Positions 48,334 through 58,396 of a stretch of 64,000 nucleotides of DNA are shown here, piece by piece. The notes under the pieces are model-generated. The model was not told the DNA's origin, made no database searches, and worked only from the letters and a program-made list of their open reading frames with translations. How positions within the stretch are numbered: the first letter of the stretch is position 1; each line of letters starts with the position of its first letter. A program made the position numbers and the translations under genes. The DNA is from an uncultured candidate division Zixibacteria bacterium (lineage in GTDB: Bacteria > Zixibacteria > MSB-5A5 > GN15 > FEB-12). Location of the stretch: NCBI GenBank assembly GCA_963806185.1, contig CAWDXE010000001.1, positions 192,001 through 256,000 on the forward strand. Direction: 5' to 3'.

Positions 48334-48939
48334 GTGGGGAGTGAAAGCGTACAATCTTGTAACAGAAGATACTACGAATGGAACGATCAGATCGAGAATC
48401 TTCAGAAGATGTATCACGACCTCCTGGTCGGCGTCGGTGAGGATGTCAGTCGCGAAGGGCTGGTCAAGACCCCCGAACGGGCAGCCCGGGCAATAGAGTT
48501 TCTGACCCGTGGCTACACGCAAGATGTCGAAGAGATCATTAACGACGCCTATTTCCAGTCGGATACTGACGAGATGATCCTGGTAAAGGATATCGAATTG
48601 TACTCGTTGTGCGAACATCATCTTCTGCCCTTCATCGGAAAGTGTCATGTGGCGTACATGCCCATGGGGCGAATCATCGGTCTGTCGAAGATTGCGCGGA
48701 TTGTGGACGTCTTCGCGCGACGTCTTCAGGTTCAGGAACGTCTGACCAAGCAGATAGCAGACACCTTGATGACCCATCTGGGGGCACGCGGCGTTGCCGT
48801 GGTGATCGAGGCTCAGCATTTGTGCATGATGATGCGAGGTGTGGAAAAACAGAATTCAGTGATGAAGACCTCGTGTTTGCTGGGCGCATTTCGCAATTCC
48901 CCGTCGACCCGAGCGGAGTTCCTCAGTCTGATCAAGTAG
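48334..48939 (+). CDS. folE: GTP cyclohydrolase I
   Basis: [47 protein letters not shown]. Exact start uncertain (GTG 48334 or ATG 48409). Confidence 0.96.
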   Translation: MGSESVQSCNRRYYEWNDQIENLQKMYHDLLVGVGEDVSREGLVKTPERAARAIEFLTRGYTQDVEEIINDAYFQSDTDEMILVKDIELYSLCEHHLLPFIGKCHVAYMPMGRIIGLSKIARIVDVFARRLQVQERLTKQIADTLMTHLGARGVAVVIEAQHLCMMMRGVEKQNSVMKTSCLLGAFRNSPSTRAEFLSLIK

Positions 48940-48974
48940 GAGTTCGACAACCGTCGCGTTGACACGAAAGCATC

Positions 48975-50225
48975 ATGCTGTTTACACTGAGCAAGCGGTT
49001 CGAATTGTCCTCATCGCGGCGGCTATTTCTGCCTGATCGGTCGAGTGAACAAAACGCCCGCCTCTACGGCGGCAGCGCCGCCGGTCAATGGGGGCAAGGG
49101 TGCAATTACGTGGTCAGCCCGGTGTTCAGCGGACCGATCGATCAGGCGACGGGCATGTTGATGAACGTATCGGAGGTGAAGCAGCGAGTCAACAGCCTGC
49201 TGAACGAACGGTACGATCACCGGTATCTGAATATGGATACCACACCATTTGACAGCATCCCCCCCACGCCGGAACTGGTCGCGCGGCAGATTCTACAGGA
49301 GATTCAACCGATATTCGCCGACAGCCCGGCAAGGCCGGTAGCGGTACACCTGATGGAATCACCAGAGAGCGGGGCTACCGCCTATCTCGACGGGCGGATC
49401 GAGCGTGATATTTGGCTTGATTTCTCGGCGGCGCGGCGGACTTGGTCACCTCATTTGTCCAGAGAGGAAAATGAAAAGCTGTTCGGTATATCGGCCCGGC
49501 CCAATGGCCACGGTCACAACTATCGCCTCAGGATGGTGTTGAGCGGCACGTGGCACGAGGCGGAAGGAATCGTCATTGAGCAGCAGGAGATTGACAGTGC
49601 GGTGGCCTCGATCCGAGAGAAATTCGATCATCAACACTTGAATCTCGACGTACCGGAGTTGAAGGGGCAACCGGTGACGACGGAGACGCTGGCCCGACTG
49701 ATCTATCGGCTGGCGCATTTTGCTCTGCCGGTGGTTCGCGTGCAATTGTACGAATTACCCTGGTTCTTTGTGGAGCATCGGTCGGACAACTCGTTCAGCC
49801 TGGGGTATGAGAATTCATTCAGTGCGGCACACCGACTTCACTCGAATTACCTGTCGGAGGAAGCTAACCGGACAGTGTACGGGAAGTGCAACAATCCGAA
49901 CGGCCATGGGCATCACTATCGAGTGGAGATGACGATCGGCGGGCCGTTTGACGAACGGTCGGGGACACTTTTTGACCTGGGGCGGGCCGCGAGCGGCTTC
50001 GAGCGAGTGATTACACCATGGCGGAACAGACATCTCGACGTGGAGACCGAAGATTTCAAAAGTGTACCCTCAACGGGCGAGAACATCGCTGAACGGCTAT
50101 GGGAGAAGCTGGACGGCGCATACGGTGGTCGGCTGACCCGGCTGCGGTTGTGGGAGACCATGAACAATCGATTCACGCTTCGGAATTACGGCCTGCCGGC
50201 GCCATCAATCATGCAAAATATCTAG
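48975..50225 (+). CDS. 6-pyruvoyl-tetrahydropterin synthase family protein with three tandem PTPS (T-fold) domains
   Basis: Three ~135-aa repeats. The third has FSAAHRL..YGKCNNPNGHGHHY..STGENIA..WETMNN, the animal/PTPS-II-type signature. Confidence 0.9.
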   Translation: MLFTLSKRFELSSSRRLFLPDRSSEQNARLYGGSAAGQWGQGCNYVVSPVFSGPIDQATGMLMNVSEVKQRVNSLLNERYDHRYLNMDTTPFDSIPPTPELVARQILQEIQPIFADSPARPVAVHLMESPESGATAYLDGRIERDIWLDFSAARRTWSPHLSREENEKLFGISARPNGHGHNYRLRMVLSGTWHEAEGIVIEQQEIDSAVASIREKFDHQHLNLDVPELKGQPVTTETLARLIYRLAHFALPVVRVQLYELPWFFVEHRSDNSFSLGYENSFSAAHRLHSNYLSEEANRTVYGKCNNPNGHGHHYRVEMTIGGPFDERSGTLFDLGRAASGFERVITPWRNRHLDVETEDFKSVPSTGENIAERLWEKLDGAYGGRLTRLRLWETMNNRFTLRNYGLPAPSIMQNI

Positions 50226-50244
50226 CGGCCAAGGATATTCACAC

Positions 50245-50940
50245 GTGCAGCGAATACTCATCACGGGAGCGAGCAAAGGGATCGGGAGGGCAATCGCCGA
50301 GCGACTGGCGTCGCCGGGACGGGAACTGCTGATCCACGGACGGGATGCAGGTCGTCTCGAGGAAACGGGACGCCTGGTTGAGAAGCACGGCGGGACGGCC
50401 ACCATGATTCTGTGCGATTTGTCTCGTCCGAGCGAGACGGTCAGGTTGGTGGAAGCAGTTAACGGCCGACCGGTGCATTGCCTTGTCAATAATGCCGGTT
50501 TGGGTCATACCGGACCGCTTGAAAAGATAACTCCGGAGCAATGGCAGGCCATGTTTGACGTCAATGTCACGGGGCCATTCCTCCTGGCACAGGGGCTGGT
50601 GGGGCAGATGCCCAGAGGGAGCCTGATCATCAACATCATTTCGGCGGCGGCGAAGAACATCTTCCCGGGCTGGGGCGCGTATACCATGACCAAATGCGCG
50701 CTCGACGGTTTCGCCAAGGTGATGCGAGAGGAGCTTCGCCCGCGAGGTATACGGGTAGTCAATCTGTATCCGGGAGCCACTGACACCGACATCTGGCGGG
50801 ACGTAGACGGGCCGTTTGTCCGAGACAAGATGATGGCAGCCCGCAACACGGCTGACGCGGTCGCGTTTGTGCTTGACCGGCCCGAAGGGGTACTGGTCGA
50901 GGACATTACACTTTCGAATCTTGGGGCGATTACGGAATAG
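50245..50940 (+). CDS. Short-chain dehydrogenase/reductase, sepiapterin-reductase-like
   Basis: TGASKGIG, CLVNNAG, S..YTMTK catalytic set, PGATDTDIW; third gene of a folE-PTPS operon. Confidence 0.8.
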   Translation: MQRILITGASKGIGRAIAERLASPGRELLIHGRDAGRLEETGRLVEKHGGTATMILCDLSRPSETVRLVEAVNGRPVHCLVNNAGLGHTGPLEKITPEQWQAMFDVNVTGPFLLAQGLVGQMPRGSLIINIISAAAKNIFPGWGAYTMTKCALDGFAKVMREELRPRGIRVVNLYPGATDTDIWRDVDGPFVRDKMMAARNTADAVAFVLDRPEGVLVEDITLSNLGAITE

Positions 50941-51124
50941 CCGTACCACATAGCTTTCCCCTGCATGGATGAGCTGTAGTGACTACACCCGCGCTCTCTG
51001 GTCTCATCCTCCATCCGGGGATTCTTAAGAGAACTTCTCAAAATCAAATTCCGGGCGCCGGGCGTCAAGAATCCGGCACGGGATTCGGAGGTGGGCTAAC
51101 TGCGTGAGTGGCTTGCTATTCGGC

Positions 51125-51154
51125 TTGACAAGACCGACGAATCTGTTCTATCTT
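51125..51154 (+). promoter_or_regulatory. Possible sigma70 promoter of the liv operon
   Basis: TTGACA-N18-TATCTT, ~40 nt before the livK-like start. Confidence 0.45.
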
Positions 51155-51196
51155 CACGCGTGAACCAGCAACCCTGATTATAGGACTACCAGACAT

Positions 51197-52342
51197 ATGA
51201 AAAATCTCATCGGCTTTGTGCTTAGCGTTTGCCTGCTGGCATTGGCTTTCGGCTGTTCCGGAGGTGGGTCGGGTACGGACGCGAATGTAATCCCGGTCGG
51301 AGAATACTCATCGCTGACGGGGACCACGGCGACGTTTGGGCAGTCGACACACCGAGGGGTGGAGATGGCGGTCCAGGAAACGAATGCTTCCGGCGGAGTG
51401 CTCGGCAAGCAGGTGAAGTTGCTTACGGAGGACACGCAATCAAAGCCGGAAGAAGCGGCGCTGGCCGTGACCAAGTTGATTACACGCGATGGCGTGAAGG
51501 CGTTGATCGGGGAAGTGGCGTCGTCGCGGAGTCTGGCCGCGGCGCCGATTGCCCAGGCTAATAAGATTCCGATGATCTCCCCCGGGTCGACAAACCCTGA
51601 GGTGACCAAAAAGGGCGACTACATTTTCCGCGTCTGTTATATCGATCCGTTTCAGGGGCAGGTGATTGCCAAGTTCGTGGCCAACTCGCTCAACTTGAAG
51701 CAGGTGGGAATTCTGCGCGACGTCAAGAATGATTACTCCGTAGGGCTGGCCGATTACTTCACCCAGACATTCGCGGCATCGGGCGGCAAGGTGGTGGCAG
51801 ACCAGGCATATAGTGAAGGCGATACTGACTTCAAGGCGCAGTTGACGGCGATCAAAGCGTCGAGTCCGGAAGCGGTAATCGTTCCCGGTTACTATCAGGA
51901 AGCGGCGCTCATTGTGAAACAAGCGCGTGAGTTGGGTATGACGATACCGTTTATCGGCGGCGACGGATGGGATTCGGAGAAGCTGATTGAAATCGGCGGC
52001 GAAGCGATGAACGGGACGTATTTCACCAATCATTACAGCCCGGACGATACCAGTCAGATCGTGCAGAATTTCGTGAAGAAATATGAGCAGCAATACGGCC
52101 AGCAGGTTCCCGACGCCATGGCGGCACTGGGGTACGACGCGGCGATGATTTTGTTTGACGCCATGCGTCGCGCGGGTACGGACGAACCGACCAAGGTGCG
52201 CGACGCGCTGGCAGTGACCAAGGATTTTCAGGGGGTGGCGGGCAAGACGACGATAGACGCCGAGCGGAACGCGAGCAAGTCGGCGGTCATCATCGCGATT
52301 GACAACGGTCAACAGCATTTCCGCGAATCGGTTCAACCCTAG
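51197..52342 (+). CDS. Branched-chain amino acid ABC transporter substrate-binding lipoprotein (LivJ/LivK family)
   Basis: Lipobox AFGC; SLTG..ATFG, NDYSVGL, DTDFKAQLT, GGDGWD, ALGYDA. Confidence 0.93.
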   Translation: MKNLIGFVLSVCLLALAFGCSGGGSGTDANVIPVGEYSSLTGTTATFGQSTHRGVEMAVQETNASGGVLGKQVKLLTEDTQSKPEEAALAVTKLITRDGVKALIGEVASSRSLAAAPIAQANKIPMISPGSTNPEVTKKGDYIFRVCYIDPFQGQVIAKFVANSLNLKQVGILRDVKNDYSVGLADYFTQTFAASGGKVVADQAYSEGDTDFKAQLTAIKASSPEAVIVPGYYQEAALIVKQARELGMTIPFIGGDGWDSEKLIEIGGEAMNGTYFTNHYSPDDTSQIVQNFVKKYEQQYGQQVPDAMAALGYDAAMILFDAMRRAGTDEPTKVRDALAVTKDFQGVAGKTTIDAERNASKSAVIIAIDNGQQHFRESVQP

Positions 52343-52432
52343 ACTCGACGACGGGCGTTTTTTGCGGGCGGAGCCGACGAGAACTGATTTCGTCGGCCGG
52401 ACTATCACTTCAAGGACACAGACCACCACGGC

Positions 52433-53338
52433 ATGACCGAATTTCTCCAGCAGATCATCAATGGCGTTTCGCTGGGCAGTATCTATGCCTTGATCGCGCT
52501 GGGGTACACGATGATCTACGGAATCCTCCGGTTCATCAATTTCGCCCATGGTGACGTATTCATGGTGGGGGCGTTCATCGGTTACTACCTGGGTCCGTAT
52601 ATTCTCCCCCTGGCCGGAAGCAATGTAGCGCTCGGCGCGATCATGGTGCTGTTGGTCGCGATGATCGGTTGCTCACTTCTGGGGGTGACGATCGAGAAAC
52701 TGGCCTACCGGCCGTTGCGGAGTCGACCGAAGTTGACGGTGCTCATCACCGCGATCGGCGTTTCGCTTTTTCTGGAATTTGGCGGACAGCTGGTATTCGG
52801 GCCGGACCCCAAGCTCTTCCCGGCTGTCGTCCCGTTGACCACGAAGTACTACGTGGGTGATCTCATCATCGACGCAAAGTCAATCGTGGTGATTCTGACT
52901 GCCGTCATCCTGGTGCTGATGCTCAGGTTCATTGTCTTTCGCACCAAGATCGGGACGGCGATGCGGGCGGTGTCCCACAACCACCATGCCGCCAGCCTCA
53001 TGGGAATAAACAATGACACGGTGATTTCGTTTACATTTGTTCTCGGTTCCAGTCTGGCCGCCGCCGCGGCGATTCTCTATGCCACGGTGTATCCGAGTAT
53101 TAATCCGCTCATGGGTGTTTATACCGGCCTCAAAGCGTTTGTGGCCGCCGTGCTCGGCGGAATCGGCAACTTGATGGGCGCGGCGCTGGGCGGGCTGATT
53201 ATCGGCGTGACCGAGACATTCGTGTCGGGGTATATCTCGTCGACTTTCCGCGACGCTATTGCGTTTATGATTCTGATCCTGATCCTGCTGATTAAGCCTT
53301 CGGGGTTGCTGGGCAAAGGGGAGGACGAGAAGATATGA
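52433..53338 (+). CDS. livH: Branched-chain amino acid ABC transporter permease
   Basis: QQIINGVSLGSIYALIALGYTMIYG..INFAHG; KAFVAAVLGGIG. Confidence 0.95.
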   Translation: MTEFLQQIINGVSLGSIYALIALGYTMIYGILRFINFAHGDVFMVGAFIGYYLGPYILPLAGSNVALGAIMVLLVAMIGCSLLGVTIEKLAYRPLRSRPKLTVLITAIGVSLFLEFGGQLVFGPDPKLFPAVVPLTTKYYVGDLIIDAKSIVVILTAVILVLMLRFIVFRTKIGTAMRAVSHNHHAASLMGINNDTVISFTFVLGSSLAAAAAILYATVYPSINPLMGVYTGLKAFVAAVLGGIGNLMGAALGGLIIGVTETFVSGYISSTFRDAIAFMILILILLIKPSGLLGKGEDEKI

Positions 53339-54378
53339 CGTCCGGGCTTACGCGCAAGGCTGAGCGCAATTCGGACGTGTTGCCGCTGTCCGCGTCAAGA
53401 GTCTGGCGTGAGCACAAGGCCAAGCTGGTACTCCTGGGTGTCGTCCTGTTAGCCCTCGGGATGACATTTGTGCAACCGTACATCAATCAGTACATCCTTC
53501 TCATCATCGTCTATGTCGGAATCAACATCACCCTGTCGGTGAGTCTTGGGTTGATCAATGGATTCACGGGGCAGTTCTCGCTGGGGCACGCCGGATTCAT
53601 GGCGATCGGGGCGTACACGACCACGCAGTGTGCTGTGCTCTTCAATCTGGCGCCGGGCACCGTATCGGGGACAATCGGGTTTCTCGCGGCACTGGTTATC
53701 GGCGGCTCCGTGGCGGCTGTGTTCGGACTACTCGTTGGGGTACCCAGTCTTCGGCTTAAGGGGGATTACCTCGCCATTGTCACGCTCGGATTCGGGGAGA
53801 TTATCCGCGTTATTATTCAGAATCTCGATTTTTTGGGCGGGGCGCGAGGCTTTACCGAGATTCCCAAGTTGTCAAATATGTTCTGGGTATTCGGCATCGC
53901 GGCGCTGACGGTGTTTGTGGTATGGAATCTTGTGCGATCGACCTATGGCAAGGGATTCCTCGCGGTGGCGGACGATGAAATCTCTGCGGAGGCCATGGGA
54001 ATCAATTCCACGCGATATAAGGTCATTGCCTTTGTCACCGGCGCATTCTTTGCCGGGATTGCGGGAGGTTTGTACGCTCATTTTGTTGTCTATATCAATC
54101 CTTCGCAATTCGGCTTCGTTAAGTCGATTGAAATCGTGATCATGGTGATGGTGGGCGGCGTACACAGCATCATCGGCGTCATTCTGTCCGCCACGCTCCT
54201 GACGGTTCTGCGCGAAGTGCTTCGCACGGCCGCCGGTTACCGCGAAGTCATCTATTCCCTCGCCTTGATTCTCATCATGATTTGGCGCCCGCAGGGGCTA
54301 TTCGGGGGCAGTGGGATATGGCTGAAGTCGCTCTGGCGGCGGCTTCATCCCCCCAAGCCTCGGGCGGTGGAGGAGTGA
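53335..54378 (+). CDS. livM: Branched-chain amino acid ABC transporter permease
   Basis: GFTGQFSLGHAGFMAIGAY; LRLKGDYLAIVTLGFGEIIR. Confidence 0.95.
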   Translation: MTSGLTRKAERNSDVLPLSASRVWREHKAKLVLLGVVLLALGMTFVQPYINQYILLIIVYVGINITLSVSLGLINGFTGQFSLGHAGFMAIGAYTTTQCAVLFNLAPGTVSGTIGFLAALVIGGSVAAVFGLLVGVPSLRLKGDYLAIVTLGFGEIIRVIIQNLDFLGGARGFTEIPKLSNMFWVFGIAALTVFVVWNLVRSTYGKGFLAVADDEISAEAMGINSTRYKVIAFVTGAFFAGIAGGLYAHFVVYINPSQFGFVKSIEIVIMVMVGGVHSIIGVILSATLLTVLREVLRTAAGYREVIYSLALILIMIWRPQGLFGGSGIWLKSLWRRLHPPKPRAVEE

Positions 54379-55150
54379 TGGCGGACTCTATTCTCAGCAT
54401 TCAGGATTGCACGATGCAATTCGGCGGCTTGACGGCGGTGTCGAATCTGACTTTGGAGATTCCGCAGAATGGACTAATCGGCCTGATCGGCCCGAACGGC
54501 GCCGGCAAGACGACGGTCTTCAATATGATCACCGGTTTCTACCAGCCGACCAGCGGCGATATTGTGTTTGACGACATATCGATTGTCGGGAAGAAACCCT
54601 ACCAAATCGCCAAGCGCGGAATCGCCCGCACATTTCAGAACGTGCGGCTGTGCCCGTCGCTATCGGTTTACGAAAGCGCCCAGGTTGCTGTAACCAAGAG
54701 CGTTGGCTACGGTTTCGTCGACGCGGTGTTCGACTCGAAGAAGTGCCGCGACGAAGAAGCGGAAATTCGACGCAGCATTATGGAAGTACTGGGCATGTTC
54801 GATCTGGTGGACGTGGCCGAAGAGCAATCGACCTCTCTCCCCTACGGCGACCAGCGCCGGCTCGAAATCGTGCGCGCACTGGCGACCAAGCCGCGATTAT
54901 TGCTGCTGGACGAACCGGCGGCGGGGATGAACCCGTCGGAGAAGCGCGAACTGATGAGCCTGATCCAGCAGATTCGCGAGAAGTTTCAGATTGCGATCTT
55001 CATGATTGAACACGACATGAAGGTGATCATGGGCGTCTGTGAGTACATCTCGGTGCTCGATTACGGCATCAAGATTTCCGAGGGGACGCCGGCAGAAATA
55101 CAGCGCGATCCGAAGGTCATCGAAGCATACCTTGGCGAGCAGGTGCACTG

Positions 55151-55151
<1 letters not shown>
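54378..55151 (+). CDS. livG: Branched-chain amino acid ABC transporter ATP-binding protein
   Basis: FGGLTAV, GPNGAGKTT, ARTFQN, LPYGDQRRLEI, LLDEPAAG, IEHDM, VIEAYLG. Confidence 0.95.
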
Positions 55152-55861
<710 letters not shown>

Positions 55862-55870
55862 GCCGACGGC

Positions 55871-56791
55871 CTATTCTTTCTCTCTATCTTCCCTGACAAT
55901 TGGCTGAAGGATGTCCTGAAGCGCGACACCGATGAGTCCATGGGTGAAGCGGAAGCCGCTGGCGAGTAATCGCTGCGGTCGAACGCGAGCGGAGTTGAGG
56001 ATCATGTCCTGAGCTTTGCGATTGCCAAGGGCAAGACGGAGCGCAAGGGCAGGCACGGTGAAGTAGGTCGGACGGTGCAAGACGTTTCCAAGGGCAGTAG
56101 TGAATTCGGCCATGGTCACCGGTGTGGGGGATACGACGTTGACCGGACCGGACAGCTCCGGAGTCAGGACGATGTGTTCGACGGCGCGGTGAACATCTTC
56201 GAGGACAACCCAGCTCAGATATTGCCGGCCATCGCCAAGCTTACCCCCCAATCCAGCGCGAAACAGGGGCAGCATGCGCTGCAGCATCCCGCCACGGGGT
56301 GTGAGCACGACACCCATGCGCATCGTCACTACTCGCATACCGCGGGCGGCCATCGCAGCCGCTTCCCATTCTTTGACCAGATCGGCAAGGAATCCCTGCC
56401 CGGCGAGTGAATCCTCGGTTAACTGCTCCTCGCCACGGTCGCCGTAGTAACCGACGGCCGAAGCACAAATGAAGGTGTGCGGAGGTCGGCGCAGGGAACT
56501 GAGTCGATCGGCCAACAATTGAGTGGCATTGACTCGACTGGACCGAAACCGTTCGCGGCGGCGCTTCGTCCAGCGACCGACGCCGATATTCTCGCCGGCC
56601 AGATGGATGATGACGTCGTACCCGTCAAGCGCCTTGCCGTCAAGATCCCCAATGCCCGGATTCCAGACGAGGTGCGGCTTTTCGCCGAGAGAACGGCGGG
56701 TGAGCGCCGCCACCTTGTACCCTTTGGCGTCGAGATAGACAGCCAATGATCCGCCGATGAGTCCAGTGGCACCGGAGATGAGGAATTTCAT
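55871..56791 (-). CDS. TIGR01777 (YfcH-like) NAD-dependent epimerase family protein
   Basis: SGATGLIG, HLAGENI..RWT, ASAVGYYG, GFLADLVKEWE, GLGGKLGDGRQYLSW, GPVNVVSP. Confidence 0.93.
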   Translation of the reverse strand: MKFLISGATGLIGGSLAVYLDAKGYKVAALTRRSLGEKPHLVWNPGIGDLDGKALDGYDVIIHLAGENIGVGRWTKRRRERFRSSRVNATQLLADRLSSLRRPPHTFICASAVGYYGDRGEEQLTEDSLAGQGFLADLVKEWEAAAMAARGMRVVTMRMGVVLTPRGGMLQRMLPLFRAGLGGKLGDGRQYLSWVVLEDVHRAVEHIVLTPELSGPVNVVSPTPVTMAEFTTALGNVLHRPTYFTVPALALRLALGNRKAQDMILNSARVRPQRLLASGFRFTHGLIGVALQDILQPIVREDREKE

Positions 56792-56806
56792 GTAGAAATG
56801 ATCGGC

Positions 56807-57292
56807 TTATTTTATCAATTCCGCCAGTTTGTTTCTCACTGCCTCGGCATGTCCGGCGGCCGTCACTTTCGCCCAGACATAGGCGATCTTGCCCAGGGGG
56901 TCGATCAGGAACGTACTGCGGATGACGCCCAGCGATTCCTTGCCGTACATCATCTTGGTCCCCCAGGCACCGTATTTTTCGAGCACTTCCCTCTCAGGGT
57001 CGGAAAGCAGTGTGACTTTCAATTTGAACTTCTCGACAAATTTCCGGTGGCTGGCGGTGGAGTCGGGGCTTACACCGAGCACAGTGGCACCGACTTTTTC
57101 AAACGCCTTAAGGCCGTCGGTAAATTCACACGCCTCGGTAGTGCAGCCGGGGGTATCGTCTTTGGGGTAGAAATAGAGCACCACCCATTGCCCCTTGAAA
57201 TCCTTGAGGCTGGTTTTGGCGTCGTCCTGATTGAGCAGGTTGAAAGTCGGGGCTGTTTGGCCGGCATCCGGTCGTTTGGTATCAGTAGGCAT
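56807..57292 (-). CDS. bcp: Thioredoxin-dependent thiol peroxidase (BCP/PrxQ)
   Basis: YFYPKDDTPGCTTEAC, GVSPD, RSTFLID. Confidence 0.95.
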   Translation of the reverse strand: MPTDTKRPDAGQTAPTFNLLNQDDAKTSLKDFKGQWVVLYFYPKDDTPGCTTEACEFTDGLKAFEKVGATVLGVSPDSTASHRKFVEKFKLKVTLLSDPEREVLEKYGAWGTKMMYGKESLGVIRSTFLIDPLGKIAYVWAKVTAAGHAEAVRNKLAELIK

Positions 57293-57352
57293 CGTCCCTC
57301 CAATGGTTGGTATGGTGATGCCTACTGTAACAAGAATCAGCGTCGGAAGTTT

Positions 57353-58216
57353 TTACGGCCGCGCATTTCCGATCGGAAATTCAAGCTTCAGTTGGACAGC
57401 GCCGCTCACGTCGTCATATTCCGAATCCAGCGGCTTCTGGAAATACACGATGGGACGACCGACAAACCTCGGAAATTCGAATCCGACGGCAGCGAAGTGA
57501 TCGATGCCATCGGAGGACTCGTTTCCATCCTTTGTCATCAGCCACAAACCCGAGAGCTCCAACGTGAGGAGTAATCTTCTCGATCCGATCCCTCCGGAAA
57601 CGCCGTAATGGAGAATGGCTTCCGAATCTCTTTCGTCCCGACCAAGCAGTATGGTCGGACCCAGCTCGAACCCAAAGCGACAACTGTCGAAGGTGAACTG
57701 CTGTGAAAAGTTGCCGTAGAGACTCCAGTAACCAGAATTGAAGCGGGCGACGTCGTAGAGATCAGCGGCGTTGCCCGCAAATAGTGCGTAGTATTTGCCG
57801 TCGTCATACGGCCAGTACCATTCAGGACCATAATTTGAATATTGCGCAGCAGTCGGCAGTTGCGCCATAAGAGTGGCACTGGTCTGACGTTTTTCCGATC
57901 TGGCCAACAAGAAGTCAAGACCAATGCCGATGTTGCCGAGCACGGTACCATCGTCCGATTCGTATTTCTTGTCACTGTTGGCGATGGGGAGCTGGGTGGT
58001 GAAGGCGACACTGTGCGTCACTGGCACGCGAACGTCGAATTGGAGTGAACCTGTCAATCCCTTGTACCCCCAATCGTGGATAATCGGCCGGGAGAGTTGA
58101 AGACCAAAGGTAGTCGTATCTGATGCCGGTCGACGAAGCATAAGGTTGGCGGATGCGTCAACGGCGCACATGAGCAGGCAGGTCGACACAGGGAAAAGGA
58201 TGCCCAGATGTTTCAT
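57353..58216 (-). CDS. Hypothetical exported protein, probably an outer-membrane beta-barrel
   Basis: GGAG then ATG 58216; signal peptide; alternating amphipathic strands; GNIGIG and LPT motifs. Confidence 0.65.
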   Translation of the reverse strand: MKHLGILFPVSTCLLMCAVDASANLMLRRPASDTTTFGLQLSRPIIHDWGYKGLTGSLQFDVRVPVTHSVAFTTQLPIANSDKKYESDDGTVLGNIGIGLDFLLARSEKRQTSATLMAQLPTAAQYSNYGPEWYWPYDDGKYYALFAGNAADLYDVARFNSGYWSLYGNFSQQFTFDSCRFGFELGPTILLGRDERDSEAILHYGVSGGIGSRRLLLTLELSGLWLMTKDGNESSDGIDHFAAVGFEFPRFVGRPIVYFQKPLDSEYDDVSGAVQLKLEFPIGNARP

Positions 58217-58396
58217 TGCTGTTCTCCGGTGTAGAGAGGCTTGGTGAGACGCAGGCAAATTTGCTGATACACCAAGTAAGTTCCGCGAGTCATACACTCA
58301 ATCGGGTAACGAGGATGCTTTGCTCAAATATAAAGCAAGCATCAAAGGATGCAAGCAATTCGGGGCTGACTATTTGACGGACCCGCATAAGCCATG

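Noticed and set aside
48169..48819. N-terminal ~217 aa of the 654-aa ORF 46855-48819
   Set aside because: Antisense to folE. The real start is ATG 48168, with a GAAGGAG RBS and SPFH homology beginning there.
48975..50225. Calling the PTPS protein queD (queuosine or 7-deazaguanine DNA modification)
   Set aside because: Motif spacing is CNNPNGHGH rather than CxxxHGH, and the neighbours are folE and an SDR with no queC/queE/queF/tgt/dpd genes.
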